Source of the DNA: Schizochytrium sp. TIO01
Taxonomy: Eukaryota > Protista > Bigyra: Labyrinthulomycetes
DNA: 64,000 nt
Assembly: GCA_004764695.1 (NCBI GenBank)
Contig: SMSO01000031.1
Coordinates: 3,262,436-3,326,435 of the forward strand
Direction of reading: 5' to 3'
The translations under genes and the position numbers were made by a program. How positions within the stretch are numbered: the first letter of the stretch is position 1; each line of letters starts with the position of its first letter. Below the pieces are notes generated by a model. It ran no database searches. It was not told the DNA's origin and saw only the letters and a list, made by a program, of their open reading frames with translations. Of the stretch, positions 25,641 through 37,196 are shown piece by piece.

Positions 25641-26964
25641 TAAGTACTCCTAACCTTTGTGGTTATGGCCCGTATCCACTAATTCATAAATGGAGGAAGA
25701 AAGATTGGGGGTTATCTTATAGATTTGAAAAGTAATTTGGAAAATCTATTCGTCAATAAACAGTGCAAATCGATAAATATAATTTATTAACTTATAGAAT
25801 ACACCCCGTCATCAGGACACCTTTCCCATACAAGTTAAGATTAAACCGTCACCCGAGAGCTTTGGGTTAAGTTTTCAGCATTATGTATCATTTACAAAAA
25901 CCAAAAAAATAGAAGATAAGAAAACAGCCCTCAATTGATCAATCCTGTGTGCTTAAAATATATAGATGTTCTAGTAGAGCAGCAACTGATATGAGCGAGA
26001 CTTCCATGATACGACGAAGTCAAGCCAGTAGATTGGAATGGATGGTGGTACTTCTTGATCTCCGTCAACTTAGCATTATTCATTCAAACCCATGGATTTT
26101 GATCTCGGAGAGCTCTCACTTCTCATAATATTTTTATACAAGCTTGTTTTTGCTTTGACTTATAGAAGGTAGCTTGCAACTAGCAAATTAAGTAGATGAT
26201 TGAATTTCATATCGATTTTTAACCCAACAGGTAATACTTTGGTGGTGTGATCTATTGGGATCTAAGGATTACATTCAGAGTTGATTCTCGTTGCACATAA
26301 ACGATCTCTTTGAACTAAGCATGGCTTTATATCGTAACCCTTTTCCCTATATTTGTACATGATAAATGCTCATGACGACTCAGAGTAGTAGGTACTTCCT
26401 ATAATTTGTTTTATTAATTTGGTTTTAAAAAACGAAGAGATAAACTAACGTGCTATCAAACGCAAATTATCAGCTGCTTCAGCTTGGTTAATATTATAAT
26501 TTGTATTCAAGTTAATCTCAGTTCATCTCGCGGCACACACTTTTGCAATCCAAAATGCCCTCAGTCAAACAGCCTCAGGCTGGTACCAGGAGAAATCTTG
26601 AATCTGTTCCAGACATGGACCTGCTTTGTTTTCTCTTGTCATAAAACCTCTTCCATTGGTACATATACCGGATCGCCAAACCAGAGCCGCCAGTTGAATT
26701 AAACTTTTTGTCACACCCATTTACCAAGCTTATGCATCTTTCCCGACTTGGTTCTTGGCTGTCGCGCATGAATTCCTGAGGGTTGCCATTGCCTCACTTT
26801 CCACACACTACTCGAAGTTTTATGATAGAGGAGCACGTGCATTGTATTGGATCCATCCATCTGGCCCTCCGCATTCTACTCCAGCTCGTAGTCGTTTCGA
26901 TATGATATGATATGATATGACTTGATTTACCTCCGCACTAGATAGTGCCTTTCACAGCAGTCAG

Positions 26965-27783
26965 TTATGCAGCTCCAGGAGGCTGGCTTCCTGGATCATG
27001 AAAGCGTCACGGGCCAGCTAGCAACTGCTGGTGGCCGGGCCAGGCCGCTCCACGAAGATTTCGTAGCTTCTATTCCCAAGCAATCCTGGAGCGAGCTGCT
27101 TCTTATTCTCCAGGTCTTCCCCATCATGCCCGGAAACGACTCGAACTCCAGACTTTTTTGCTTTCTAGACTTCCCTATTCCGCGCCTTGAAGTCCATTTG
27201 TGCTAGGTACTCAAGGCGTCTACTCGAAGCTGCCCGTGGGAGGAATGTATCGATTCGTTGACTCCAAAGGATGCACGGGCTCGTTTAGAGGGACCGCATC
27301 ATGACTTTCATGCGGCTCAACACCGTCTGAAGCACCGGGGTCCAGGCGCTTCTCCTTGTTCGATAAGTTCACCTTCATCATTGAAGTAGTACGTAGTCCC
27401 TAGAAGTAGTACGAGTTCACTCGAATCTCCGCCGCTTTTGTACAAACATACGACCCTGCTTGTTTTGAACGCAAGCTCTCAAGCGCATACCGGCAATTTG
27501 CATGTCTCCCCACTTGCTACATCGCGAGCTTTGCAAGAGCCTCTATCAACTTCTTCTTCAACTTCTGGCTGAGTCTACCGTTCGACCCCTCATCACTTTC
27601 CTCGCAGAGCCAGTCTTGCAGGTACGATCCCAAGTCGAAGTTTGTTTGTTTCCACGAGATCGTTTGCTGAAGTTGGACCTTTCCAGGTGTTTGTTTCTTC
27701 TATCGCTCCTGGGTCCTCTTCTTCGCAGCTGCCAGCGTCCCTCGTCTGGCTTCGCTGTCTCTGTCGAGCCTTTTCACGCCCAT
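26965..27783 (-). pseudogene. Decayed protein-coding gene of unknown family
   Basis: ATG at 27783 opens a protein-like frame (MGVKRLDRDSEARR...LGSYLQDWLCEES...LKKKLIEALAKL) interrupted by in-frame TAG at 27702, 27519 and 27402. Composition is coding-like. Confidence 0.45.
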
Positions 27784-27833
27784 CGCTTCCCTCCTCCGCC
27801 CCAACCTGAACTTCAACTCGGCCTCGAACTCGA

Positions 27834-27879
27834 ATTGATTTGAATTTCGATTACAAGGATTGATTTGAATTTCGATTAC
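27834..27879. repeat. 21-bp direct repeat (attgatttgaatttcgattac x2)
   Basis: Copies at 27834-27854 and 27859-27879. Confidence 0.9.
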
Positions 27880-28366
27880 CCTTCAAATCCCTCTTCGATT
27901 TCAAATCTGTTCTCTCCTTCGTCACACCCAAAGTTCAGCGTGGATCTGCGGCTTCCCGCTCTTTCTCTTCCATCGCTCAGAGCTGAGCTGAGCTGACTAG
28001 TACCGCGTATACGGCAAACCATAGAAGCAGCTAAGCGAAGGAAGGAGGAGCAACAAAGAAAAGAAAAGAAAGAAAAGAAAAGAAAAGAAAAGAGTTTAAA
28101 ATTCTTTCCTCTCCTTTCTCTCTCTATTTCGCTTATGGACTTCGAGGACTTCGGACTCTCCATCCCATCCAGAAACAAAGATTTGCACGGAGGTGGAAAG
28201 TAAAAACGTGGCCATAAACCAAGGAAGAACCGATCTGCTTTCGGCAATCAGCTCTCGACTGAACGAGGAGTCATTGCACCTTCCAGGGCTGAGCTTTGCC
28301 TTCTGCAGGGGAGATGGAGCAAGGCTAAAGTTGCAGAACTTGGTAAGTTAGTAAGTAAGTAAGTGG

Positions 28367-28504
28367 GTATGTATGTATGTATGTATGTATGTATGTATGT
28401 ATGTATGTATGTATGTATGTATGTATGTATGTATGTATGTATGTATGTATGTATGTATGTATGTATGTATGTATGTATGTATGTATGTATGTATGTATGT
28501 ATGT
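28367..28504. repeat. (GTAT)n tetranucleotide microsatellite, about 34 units
   Basis: Perfect run, preceded by a short (GTAA)n; it explains the spurious MYVC/HTYI ORFs. Confidence 0.97.
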
Positions 28505-29032
28505 TCACGAATGCCCTTTCATTGCTTCTTTCAAGGTTTTCAAGGTGCTCGTACTGCTAACAGTTAATTATGATTAGCTATGGGAGGTGGATTCCGCTAG
28601 GTACTATCGATGTGAGTAATGACGAAATCGGAGTGAAATGAGACTCTTAGGAAAGTACGTAGGAGGCACATAGGTGAGGTGTCCACAGGAAAGAAGGGAA
28701 AGAGAGCACTAAAAGATCTTCTTCCTTTACGTAGTTTGTGAATGTCTTAGGAATCAAGAGAAGTGGATCGATAAGACAACAACTGTTGAATCAAATCGCA
28801 AACTGCAAACTCGAAATATCGATCGGCAAACCGCAAATCGAGAGAAGTCGCACCCTTACCTTCTGCAGTAGCTGTACAAGGTAGCGGGAACACTTAAGTG
28901 GAGCCAGAAAGCAAGCGAGCTTGAACGAACTTGCATCAAAACTTGGGACAGCTCCGATCACACAAACTTAGATTTGTAAAGGCACAAGTTTGGTCTCCTT
29001 GACGTCGCGAAGAACCTCAACGCTAGGCCAAA

Positions 29033-29842
29033 ATGGTGCTTGTCGTACGTGGACCCCCTGTTCGCCGTCGCCCCATCGGCGCTCCAGTGATGACAGGACT
29101 TCTTGTGGGCGGAGCTATTGCACGTGGCCAGCAGCAGCGAAGACAACAGGCCGAAATGCAGCGCGAAGTCGCTCGTGCAAATGAACGTGCAGCAAATGCC
29201 CAGATGACCGCCGAGCAGGCTAGGCGTGATGCAGAGCGTGCCAAGGCTCAGAACCAGCAAACTGTCGCTACCACCACGACAGAAATGCGCTCCGTTACTG
29301 TGGTCATTCCTCAGGGTGTTGGCCCCGGAATGTCTTTTAATGTGTCTTACGAAGGCCAAAACTTTCGTGTCACTTGCCCCCAAGGTATGGGCCCTGGCCA
29401 GCGCCTCACTGTGCAGCTTCCAGCACCACAGCCGGCAGTTGCTATTGCCAGTGCTGCCCCCATTGAGACTGCTCAACCCTTGAAGTCTCAGGGTAGCGGC
29501 CGAGATCTTTTCCGCAGCGCAATGCTTGATGACACTTCTTCTTCAAGTGTACCTATGGCGCTGCCTTCATTTGACCAAGAGTTGGTCTTGGTTGCAGATC
29601 ACAAAGTTGATGAGAACTCGCCCCAAATGCGCCAATTTGGCATTATTAGCATCTCAAGAGGCACCAGGGTCGTCCTGGTGGAAGGTGACCTTATCAACGG
29701 TCTCGGCGGTCCTTACAAGGACTATATTCGTGTCAGTGTGCCAAGCCAAGGAGATCGCCAGGGCCTTATCAGCCGCTTGGTCGTAAAGCCAGCATCGAGC
29801 AGCGTACCTGCTCCCGTTGGACCTCCTCCTGCCATTCAATAA
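29033..29842 (+). CDS. Tandem family member 1: Gly-zipper/coiled-coil + IPxGxxPG beta module + SH3-like domain
   Basis: 269-aa ORF with strong C-ending codon bias. Shares VTVVIPQGVGPG...VTCPQGMGPGQRL and DHKVDENSPQMRQFGIISISRGTRV...VPSQGDRQGLISR with the three downstream ORFs. Confidence 0.9.
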   Translation: MVLVVRGPPVRRRPIGAPVMTGLLVGGAIARGQQQRRQQAEMQREVARANERAANAQMTAEQARRDAERAKAQNQQTVATTTTEMRSVTVVIPQGVGPGMSFNVSYEGQNFRVTCPQGMGPGQRLTVQLPAPQPAVAIASAAPIETAQPLKSQGSGRDLFRSAMLDDTSSSSVPMALPSFDQELVLVADHKVDENSPQMRQFGIISISRGTRVVLVEGDLINGLGGPYKDYIRVSVPSQGDRQGLISRLVVKPASSSVPAPVGPPPAIQ

Positions 29843-30793
29843 AATAGACTAGCTATACCAGACTCTGTACGTATTTTGATTGTTATTTCCTCGCTAAGCT
29901 TCTGCTTTTTCTGTTAGTTTCTTTTGTCAATGTCTTGTCAAGAAGCAAGCATTGAGTTTGTTGTAGATATCATGGTATCATGTTAAGGTGGTAAATTAAG
30001 TTGATATAAGTCGAATAAAGAAAGCCAGGTCACCTCAAGTTCATTCTCTTCTCCAAATTCCTCCTCTCCACTTGTCCTGCACAGGAAAAGCCAGATGCTC
30101 AAATCAAGCACCACCCCAACTTGAGGAATTCGATAGTCATAGACCTGGCTGATTTGCCTGGCTTGAACATTTTGCAGTCATAGGATAGGTTAGCTAATAC
30201 ATAGCAATTCGAAGTGTTAGTAGCACCTCTTACCTAGTTATGAGTAAATACAAAATTGAATCGTGATTCTTTCAGCACCTGTTCAATTTGATAATTAGCA
30301 CCAAGCCCCCTTCAAGAACCTTTTTCTTCTCTCCTGCGTATTAAGAAAGATGACATCTTGCGTTTCCAGTTCCATCGAACTGGATGCTAAAGTGTGAGAT
30401 ATAGACCTGGGTATTCCCTCTTTGCTGGCGCTACACTTGCCGTTTGATGGAAGGACAGGTTTCAGTTAAAGCCTCTTCAATGTTTGTTTATGATACTTTA
30501 GGTTGTGGCTAAGACCACAGGACTAGATTTCAGCCTGTGCGCAGTGTGCACCTTGAGCCTTTTTGCCACAATCTGGCCAGAATATAGTTTTATATATTTA
30601 TGTGTAGTTACGAACTCCAGGGACTTTAAATAGAAGAATTCGAAGCTTTGCAACAAAGCGATGCTTTGGATAACTAACCCAGCAAATCAAAAACTCTAGA
30701 ATTGACATCTTGAGAGACCTACGAGATTGAGTTTGAATTGAGAGAAAAGCATATCAAGTTGTTTGTCGAGAACTTCCCTGTAGAATTGTGAAC

Positions 30794-31567
30794 ATGCTCC
30801 CGCTGGTTTTCCGCCTAGTTTTTGGCTCCCGCGATCGCAGGAGGGATGCAGAGTTGCTGATGTTGCAAGAAAAAGGAAACCTAAATGGTATGAGCTATCG
30901 TGAAGCACGCCGAGTGATTAAGAGAGAACGCCGGCAACGCCGCCGTGATGCTCGTGAGATTCGTCGTGCAGCGAGATCAAGTCTTTTGGGTATGCCTTAT
31001 GCAGTGACAATTGTCATTCCTCAAGGAGTCCAACCTAATACAGAATTGTCCGTCTACTTTAGAGGCCAAAGTTATCAGTGTACTTGTCCTGCTCGAGCAC
31101 GTCCTGGTGATAAAGTTTCTGTTCCGATAACTTCATTGAGACCTGTAGCTACAATATCTAGTGCACCAACAATCCCAGCAGCAATTCAAGTATCAAGCTC
31201 TTCAGCACCAAGTAGACAGAACAACGAGGGTGAAATTCCCGTTGCCTATGTTGTGAGTACAACTCAAGAAGAGGGTGGTCCTGAGAAAGCTTTGGATGAT
31301 GATGATTCTGATTCCGAGGATCGTGGGTTTGAGCTACTACGCTTAATCGAAGATCACAAGGTCGACGAGAAGGCCCCTGAGATGAGCCAGTTCGGTATCA
31401 TCAGTCTTAAGGAAGGCACCGATGTAGAGTTACTTGAGGGCAATTTGCAAGATGGTCTTGATGGTGCTGATTTTGGGGAATATATTCTTGTTGCAGTCCC
31501 AAGTCAGGGGTTTCGTGAGGGCTTAATCAGTCGTCATGTTGTCAAACCTGTGTCTCAATGCACATAG
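30794..31567 (+). CDS. Tandem family member 2
   Basis: First ATG at 30794. VTIVIPQGVQPN...CTCPARARPGDKV; DHKVDEKAPEMSQFGIISLKEGTDV...VPSQGFREGLISR. Confidence 0.88.
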   Translation: MLPLVFRLVFGSRDRRRDAELLMLQEKGNLNGMSYREARRVIKRERRQRRRDAREIRRAARSSLLGMPYAVTIVIPQGVQPNTELSVYFRGQSYQCTCPARARPGDKVSVPITSLRPVATISSAPTIPAAIQVSSSSAPSRQNNEGEIPVAYVVSTTQEEGGPEKALDDDDSDSEDRGFELLRLIEDHKVDEKAPEMSQFGIISLKEGTDVELLEGNLQDGLDGADFGEYILVAVPSQGFREGLISRHVVKPVSQCT

Positions 31568-32772
31568 CACACGACATTAGTGTATCTTGAAATAGGCGGA
31601 TTTCCATAGAGCGGCCTCCCCAAAATACAATTTCAAAGAAACAGTATCGTCTCATCATGCTTCATACAAATGATCACAATAACTTCTAAGAGAAACATCT
31701 TTTATCTAGTATGAAATATAGGTTCCATTTAAATATCTATGTGTCGCCTCTCTCAGTTTCTACCCAGGCAATACATCATTTTGGTATCATCATTAACATT
31801 TCTAAAAAGCCAATTCACTGAGACCAATCAAAGAAACTGCTTGATCTGCTTGAGTAGGTGGGTTTCTTCAAACCACATCCCATAATTAAAGTCCATATAG
31901 CACAGGTAAAGTCGTGATATCCTGCATTCATCTTCGGTTCTATTTCTTATTATGCTTTAGCTCCTCTTGAAATGCATCATCGATACGAGACACTCGCTGC
32001 CTTTTGAGCTGAAAACGCTTAACCAGGTCTATTTCCATGTTGAAGATCTTGGCAACAGCTTTACTCGAGTGACACAAATTCAATTCAGAGTCTCCCCGAG
32101 GTCCTTCACTATCTCAATTCAGCTTTGAGGCGTCAAGGTGCTGGCTCGTCGATCTCTCGTGAAGAACTTCATTCATTCTACAATTCAGTTCCTAAGAGCC
32201 GGGACTTAATAATATTTATTACAAGACCCATGCTCACGTATAATATATTTACATACAAAGATTTTGAATCTTGTATTTTTAGTGAAGTGGGTATTCAGAT
32301 TATAATTTCGTCCTTGGAGTTGATGGAATGATCTTGTAAAGTGGGTTCTGGCTTTATCTAGATAGTTGTAGGAGTATTATGTCCCAAAGAATCGCGTTCT
32401 ACGTCTTTTCAAAGCGTTAAAGAACTTTGACTCGCTTTATGATAGCCAAGATTGCTCGAGGGATTCAGGTTCGGAAGTGCCGAGATACTCTCTAAAGTAC
32501 TACTAGCGACTTATTTTCTGGTACCTATGATTTTGAGTGCTGCCAACACCTTCGTATGAGAAAGTGGACTTTTTGAGGGAAACTTAAAGTGAGAGATAAT
32601 TGCAGATACGAACAAAACCAGAACTCGTTGAGACCTTTCACCAATCGGCCAATCTTGATATAAAGTGAAGTTATAAATTGTGGTTACTTCTGCGTAGGAC
32701 AGTAAAGCAAATATAGAATACGAAAAGGATCTAACTTGCAAGTAAAGAAACAAGTACAAGCAAAGAACAAAT

Positions 32773-33603
32773 ATGTGGCAAATTCTCGTGGCTGGTGTTG
32801 GCATTCGTATCGCCGTTGGCGCCGGCAGACAGCTTCATCATCGCTATCAAAATAAAAAACTTGCGAAAATGCTCGCTAATGACAAACGCCAGTTGGTTGT
32901 CAAGGTGCCATCCCGAGCAATTCCAGGAAAGCCTTTTATGATCAATTTCGAGAAGCGAAGCTTTCATTTTGATTGCCCCCAGGATAAGTGCCCTGGTGAT
33001 CTTGTGCAGCTGCATATTTCGCAATTGAAACCAGTTGTTGTTGGTTCTCAAGCAGACCAAGCTCGCCAATCATCTGCCTCGCTTGGTCGTCGCGGTCGCC
33101 GTCAGAGTCGCCGCGAAAGAAGATACGGCGCAGGAAATCAAAGGAATTCGCTTGCCATTCAAGCTATCCCTGTTGCAGAGATAATTGAAGTGATTGAAAG
33201 CCCAGAAGATGAAGAAAACAACATTGTACACAAGGATGACTCATCGACTGCTCGACCTCATGAAGGCAGCTTGACTCAGCAGGGGTTGAATGTTGCTACA
33301 GAGGTTTCCTCTACCGATAGCCAACACGTTCTGGAGCTTGTCGTCAATAAAGATCATCTGATCAACGAGAGTGCACCTGAAATGCGTGAGTTTGGTATTA
33401 TCAATGTACGTGCAGGAACTCATGTGATCCTTGAAGAGGGTACTCTTGAAAATGGGCTTGGCAGTGACCTCAACGACTATATCGAGATCAGAATCCCTGC
33501 AGAGAATAACCGCCAAGGCATTATAAGCCGTTTTGTGGTCACACCAGTAGCTATGCCTGTGGCACAAAGCATTGGCACGACCACTTCGTTTATCATAGCA
33601 TAA
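32773..33603 (+). CDS. Tandem family member 3 (most diverged)
   Basis: LVVKVPSRAIPGKPF...FDCPQDKCPGDLV; DHLINESAPEMREFGIINVRAGTHV...IPAENNRQGIISR. Confidence 0.88.
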   Translation: MWQILVAGVGIRIAVGAGRQLHHRYQNKKLAKMLANDKRQLVVKVPSRAIPGKPFMINFEKRSFHFDCPQDKCPGDLVQLHISQLKPVVVGSQADQARQSSASLGRRGRRQSRRERRYGAGNQRNSLAIQAIPVAEIIEVIESPEDEENNIVHKDDSSTARPHEGSLTQQGLNVATEVSSTDSQHVLELVVNKDHLINESAPEMREFGIINVRAGTHVILEEGTLENGLGSDLNDYIEIRIPAENNRQGIISRFVVTPVAMPVAQSIGTTTSFIIA

Positions 33604-33926
33604 AAAGCACCTGCGTTGCTGAGATACACCAATGATAATTTAGTCATCATAAGCTGTAAGATTAATCAGATGGTATTTTTATTTTTCAAGTACGTTGTGC
33701 AGTATTTGCGTTTTGTATAAATGATAAATAATCTATCTCCTTTAATTTGCACTTTGCCAGCCCGAGCAGTGTCTCTACCATCCAATTAATGTCAAGATAA
33801 TTCCTGTTATGTGATGTCTTTGGTTTTAATGTCTTATGATAGCACAATCGTCCATAACTTCACTTTGATGTTGTACTTCTTGACTTATCTTACGGCAGAG
33901 CGAGCAATCACACACGCAGCAAGGTA

Positions 33927-33927
<1 letters not shown>

Positions 33928-33963
<36 letters not shown>
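33928..33963. repeat. (AG)n microsatellite
   Basis: AG dinucleotide run. Confidence 0.93.
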
Positions 33964-33967
<4 letters not shown>

Positions 33968-34438
33968 ATCAATTACCAACTCGAAGACAGCTTCGTTGTG
34001 CAAAATCGGCGAAATTTGTATCGATGAGGCACGGGCGCTCCTGAATTCATGGTTCCGTGCCGGTTCTGCGGTTCCCGAGCCGCTGGCCTGGGCAAGATAA
34101 GGTCAGCATAAGGTCTCAGCAGCAGTTTTGGGACGACAGAGCCGTCCGCAAAGGCTGCGTAGACACGAATGCACTGAAGCTTGGGCGCAATCAGAGGCAA
34201 AGTTGATCAAAGCTCTGTCGCTAGAAGCAGTCTTAAGGCTTACGAAAACGAGATCACTGACATTAACAAAAGAGGTCTGAACTGACTCACTTTTGACTTC
34301 CATGAAGGCAATCTTTATAGCAACGTGATTCAACAATTGTAGACAGCAAACACAGAACTCTGAGCTTTGATTCTCAAGTTGAGGCTTGATAAGCGTATTT
34401 GTTGCATCAAGGGCAATCATCAGTAGAGAGATATTAGT

Positions 34439-35524
34439 ATGTCCGGGGCAACTGGAGCATCTCTAAGTCGAGGGGTGGCGCCGCCGCCACCTCCACCACG
34501 TCCAGCGCCGGAGAGAAGTTACAGCAGTAACCCTTTCAAAGACTATGTAAACGATGCATTTAACAAGCGGAAAAAGAAGGTGAAGGATCGTGTGGATGCA
34601 AAATATGAGTCGATTCGAAGCAACGTGCGTGATCAACTCCACCGTGTAGAAACTAGATATCCATCAATTCGAACTGTGCGTGAGCACGTTGAGGCACGTA
34701 ACGCTGCTTTGAAAAACGAAAATGAACTCCAAAACATGAACAAATCTTCAAACATGAAAGTAGAAAGGGATTGCAATTTTAAATCTTCAGAAGGAAGCAC
34801 CTGCGATACCTTTAATCATCAAACTGTGACTGTTGTTGTTCCAGAGGATGCAGAGCCTGGTGAAGACCTTACGCTGACATTTCGTGGCCAAAGTTATCGT
34901 TGGATTGTCCCTGCAGATGTACATTCAGGGCAGCGCTGCTCAATTCAGGTAGCATCATTGGAGCCAATCGCAACGATTTCACGTTCATCTAGTGGCCCAA
35001 CACTTTCTGAGAAGGAGGCTACGAATGCTACCTCATCTCAAGATAGCTCTCACAATGTAGCAGGAGAGTTTGCTACTGCCGGTGTCGAAGGTGTTTCGCT
35101 AAGCTCATCTACAGTGCAAAGCATTGGTGAGAGTAGGCCCATACCAGTAGATTATCTCCAGCAAGATGAAGCAAATGCTGGTGCCGATGATCAGATCGCA
35201 ACAATTGTCTCTAATGAAGATCTTCTGGAGAGTAATGAGGATGTTGACGTGCCGGTTGCAACAATTGTTGAGCTTCCACCTGGTTCAATGTACTGCGTGC
35301 TAATTGAAGATCATAAGGTCGACGAAAATGCCTCTGAGATGCGCCGATTTAACATTCTAAGCCTAAGGCACGGAACTCTTGTTCGACTTGTTGGCGGCGA
35401 TTTGGTCAATGGACTTGGTGGCGCATTTAAAGAATACATTCGCGTTCAGGTTCCATCTCAGGGCGATCGAGAAGGACTCATTAGTCGTCTATCAGTTGCG
35501 GTTTCGAATTCAGGACCATGGTGA
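34439..35524 (+). CDS. Tandem family member 4 (N-terminal polyproline and NPF motif)
   Basis: APPPPPPRPAP...SSNPF; VTVVVPEDAEPG...WIVPADVHSGQRC; DHKVDENASEMRRFNILSLRHGTLV...VPSQGDREGLISR. Confidence 0.88.
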   Translation: MSGATGASLSRGVAPPPPPPRPAPERSYSSNPFKDYVNDAFNKRKKKVKDRVDAKYESIRSNVRDQLHRVETRYPSIRTVREHVEARNAALKNENELQNMNKSSNMKVERDCNFKSSEGSTCDTFNHQTVTVVVPEDAEPGEDLTLTFRGQSYRWIVPADVHSGQRCSIQVASLEPIATISRSSSGPTLSEKEATNATSSQDSSHNVAGEFATAGVEGVSLSSSTVQSIGESRPIPVDYLQQDEANAGADDQIATIVSNEDLLESNEDVDVPVATIVELPPGSMYCVLIEDHKVDENASEMRRFNILSLRHGTLVRLVGGDLVNGLGGAFKEYIRVQVPSQGDREGLISRLSVAVSNSGPW

Positions 35525-37196
35525 AACCTTGTATTTTATAACTGATTTAGGAGATTTTTGGCGTTGCTCATTTCGTCTTTGTTGATTAGTGCGTGCCAAT
35601 TATCCCGAGATTATGTTTTAATTTCGGTTGGAAAATAATTAAAAAGAATTTTCTATCAGAAAATAGATACTTGTGGAACCATGAGAGTAAACGACATTTC
35701 TTCGAAAACTTTCAGAATTTCCAAATGTATGTTGCTTGCGAATGAATCCATTCGATTTCGACCATGGTTATAAACCTATAATGATTGAGCCGTTTCACGT
35801 ATATGCTTGTATTAGTGTAACTTCTTTTCATATAATTCTCTTTAGACTTGGGAAATTGAGACCGAGTATAAATCTCAGTAAGAAGGTAAAGATTGACTAG
35901 AATCGTCTGAATTCTTGTCTTTCATTAGCTTAACCCTTTTAAGAATTTTTATTGGAGGAAAGGTTTCAAATGACGACGTTCGAAATTCTGAAATTGGAGT
36001 ATCTGGTTATTGACTACTTATTCTATTTTTGATACTACTTCGGGTACTTTCAATTAAGCCGTAAAATACTCATATGTTAAAATATTCATGTTTCAGATAT
36101 TTGCAGGTCTCGACTCTTACATCTACAGTATTACAAATCTGAAGGACATTAAAAAACAATAATAGTAGTGTGTCTTGACCGTGCAATGTTTCCAGTTCCT
36201 TTGGATACTTTTGATACCTCCACAGCTCTAAGCTTGCAATTTCGAACCCGCCAAGCTGTCTGTTTAAGCTGTTCGCCACTAAAGACTAGCAGAAATCCGA
36301 AGATTCCGTCCTGATCTGCAATTCCTCAAATGTCCACCACTACACTTACCAGTTTTCTCATTTCGTCTTCATCCGCAGCATGATATACTAGATCATTCAA
36401 AGGTCGTCATATCCACAAATCCCACCTTGCCCCTTTCGGCGCTCCATTTTAACGCTCGCGAACTAAGAATCCTGGACGGCTAAAATGCTCGGGTTTTACA
36501 GAGCGATGGTGCTGCAACGAAAACAAACCCACACCTCAATATAAGCTGTCCCTCTATGAGTCTTAGGGTCCTGGCGAGAGGAGTTCTTATTTGACAGAAC
36601 GAACTTGTAAGTTCACACCACTCCAAAAAGACATATTCCCCATGCGAGATTCTCCGAGCAACAGACGAGAGTGCATCCGCTACGAATTGCAACAAACTTG
36701 GACTTGGTGAACTCAATTAGGATTTCTTCCTTCTTTTTCGGGGAGATAAGCCGGATCATTGCAATTGTCAAGATCCCTCGTCCTATTACAGCTCTAGTAC
36801 ATACCTGCCAACTGAACACGAGATCATTTTTTTTTAATTTAATGAGAAGCTTATGCAAGGTACCTCTAGAAGCGTATTTTTGTTTTTCGCAGTAATCATG
36901 GATGTCCGTGGATGTGCATAAAGGGATGCAGTAGATCTCTTTTTTTAGAAAAAGGTATTTAATTTTTTAAAAAAGACTGTGTTTTTATTTCTTCATAAAA
37001 TTTTCAAGTTTAATCATGAGAAAATAAAAATACTTGTGTAAAAATACATTGGCCGAGTGATTAACCAGTACACTTATGTTTTAAAAGGACATAACCTCAT
37101 CCTCATCCTTTCTTTGATTGCAAACTAAAACCCTCTTAAAAGCGACTTTCACAGTTTATCTACAAGATCAAGTTCAGAGTCCTTGCCAAAGAAAAA

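Noticed and set aside
26965-27783. Three successive in-frame TAG codons suggesting amber recoding
   Set aside because: Intact genes here end in TAG (24982, 31567) and long ORFs have no internal TAG; decay explains the pattern
28248-28577. ORFs with MYVC/HTYI repeats
   Set aside because: They are translations of the (GTAT)n microsatellite
31960-32110. Minus-strand KAVAKIFNMEIDLVKRF resembling a transposase HTH
   Set aside because: Too short; no DDE domain or terminal inverted repeats seen
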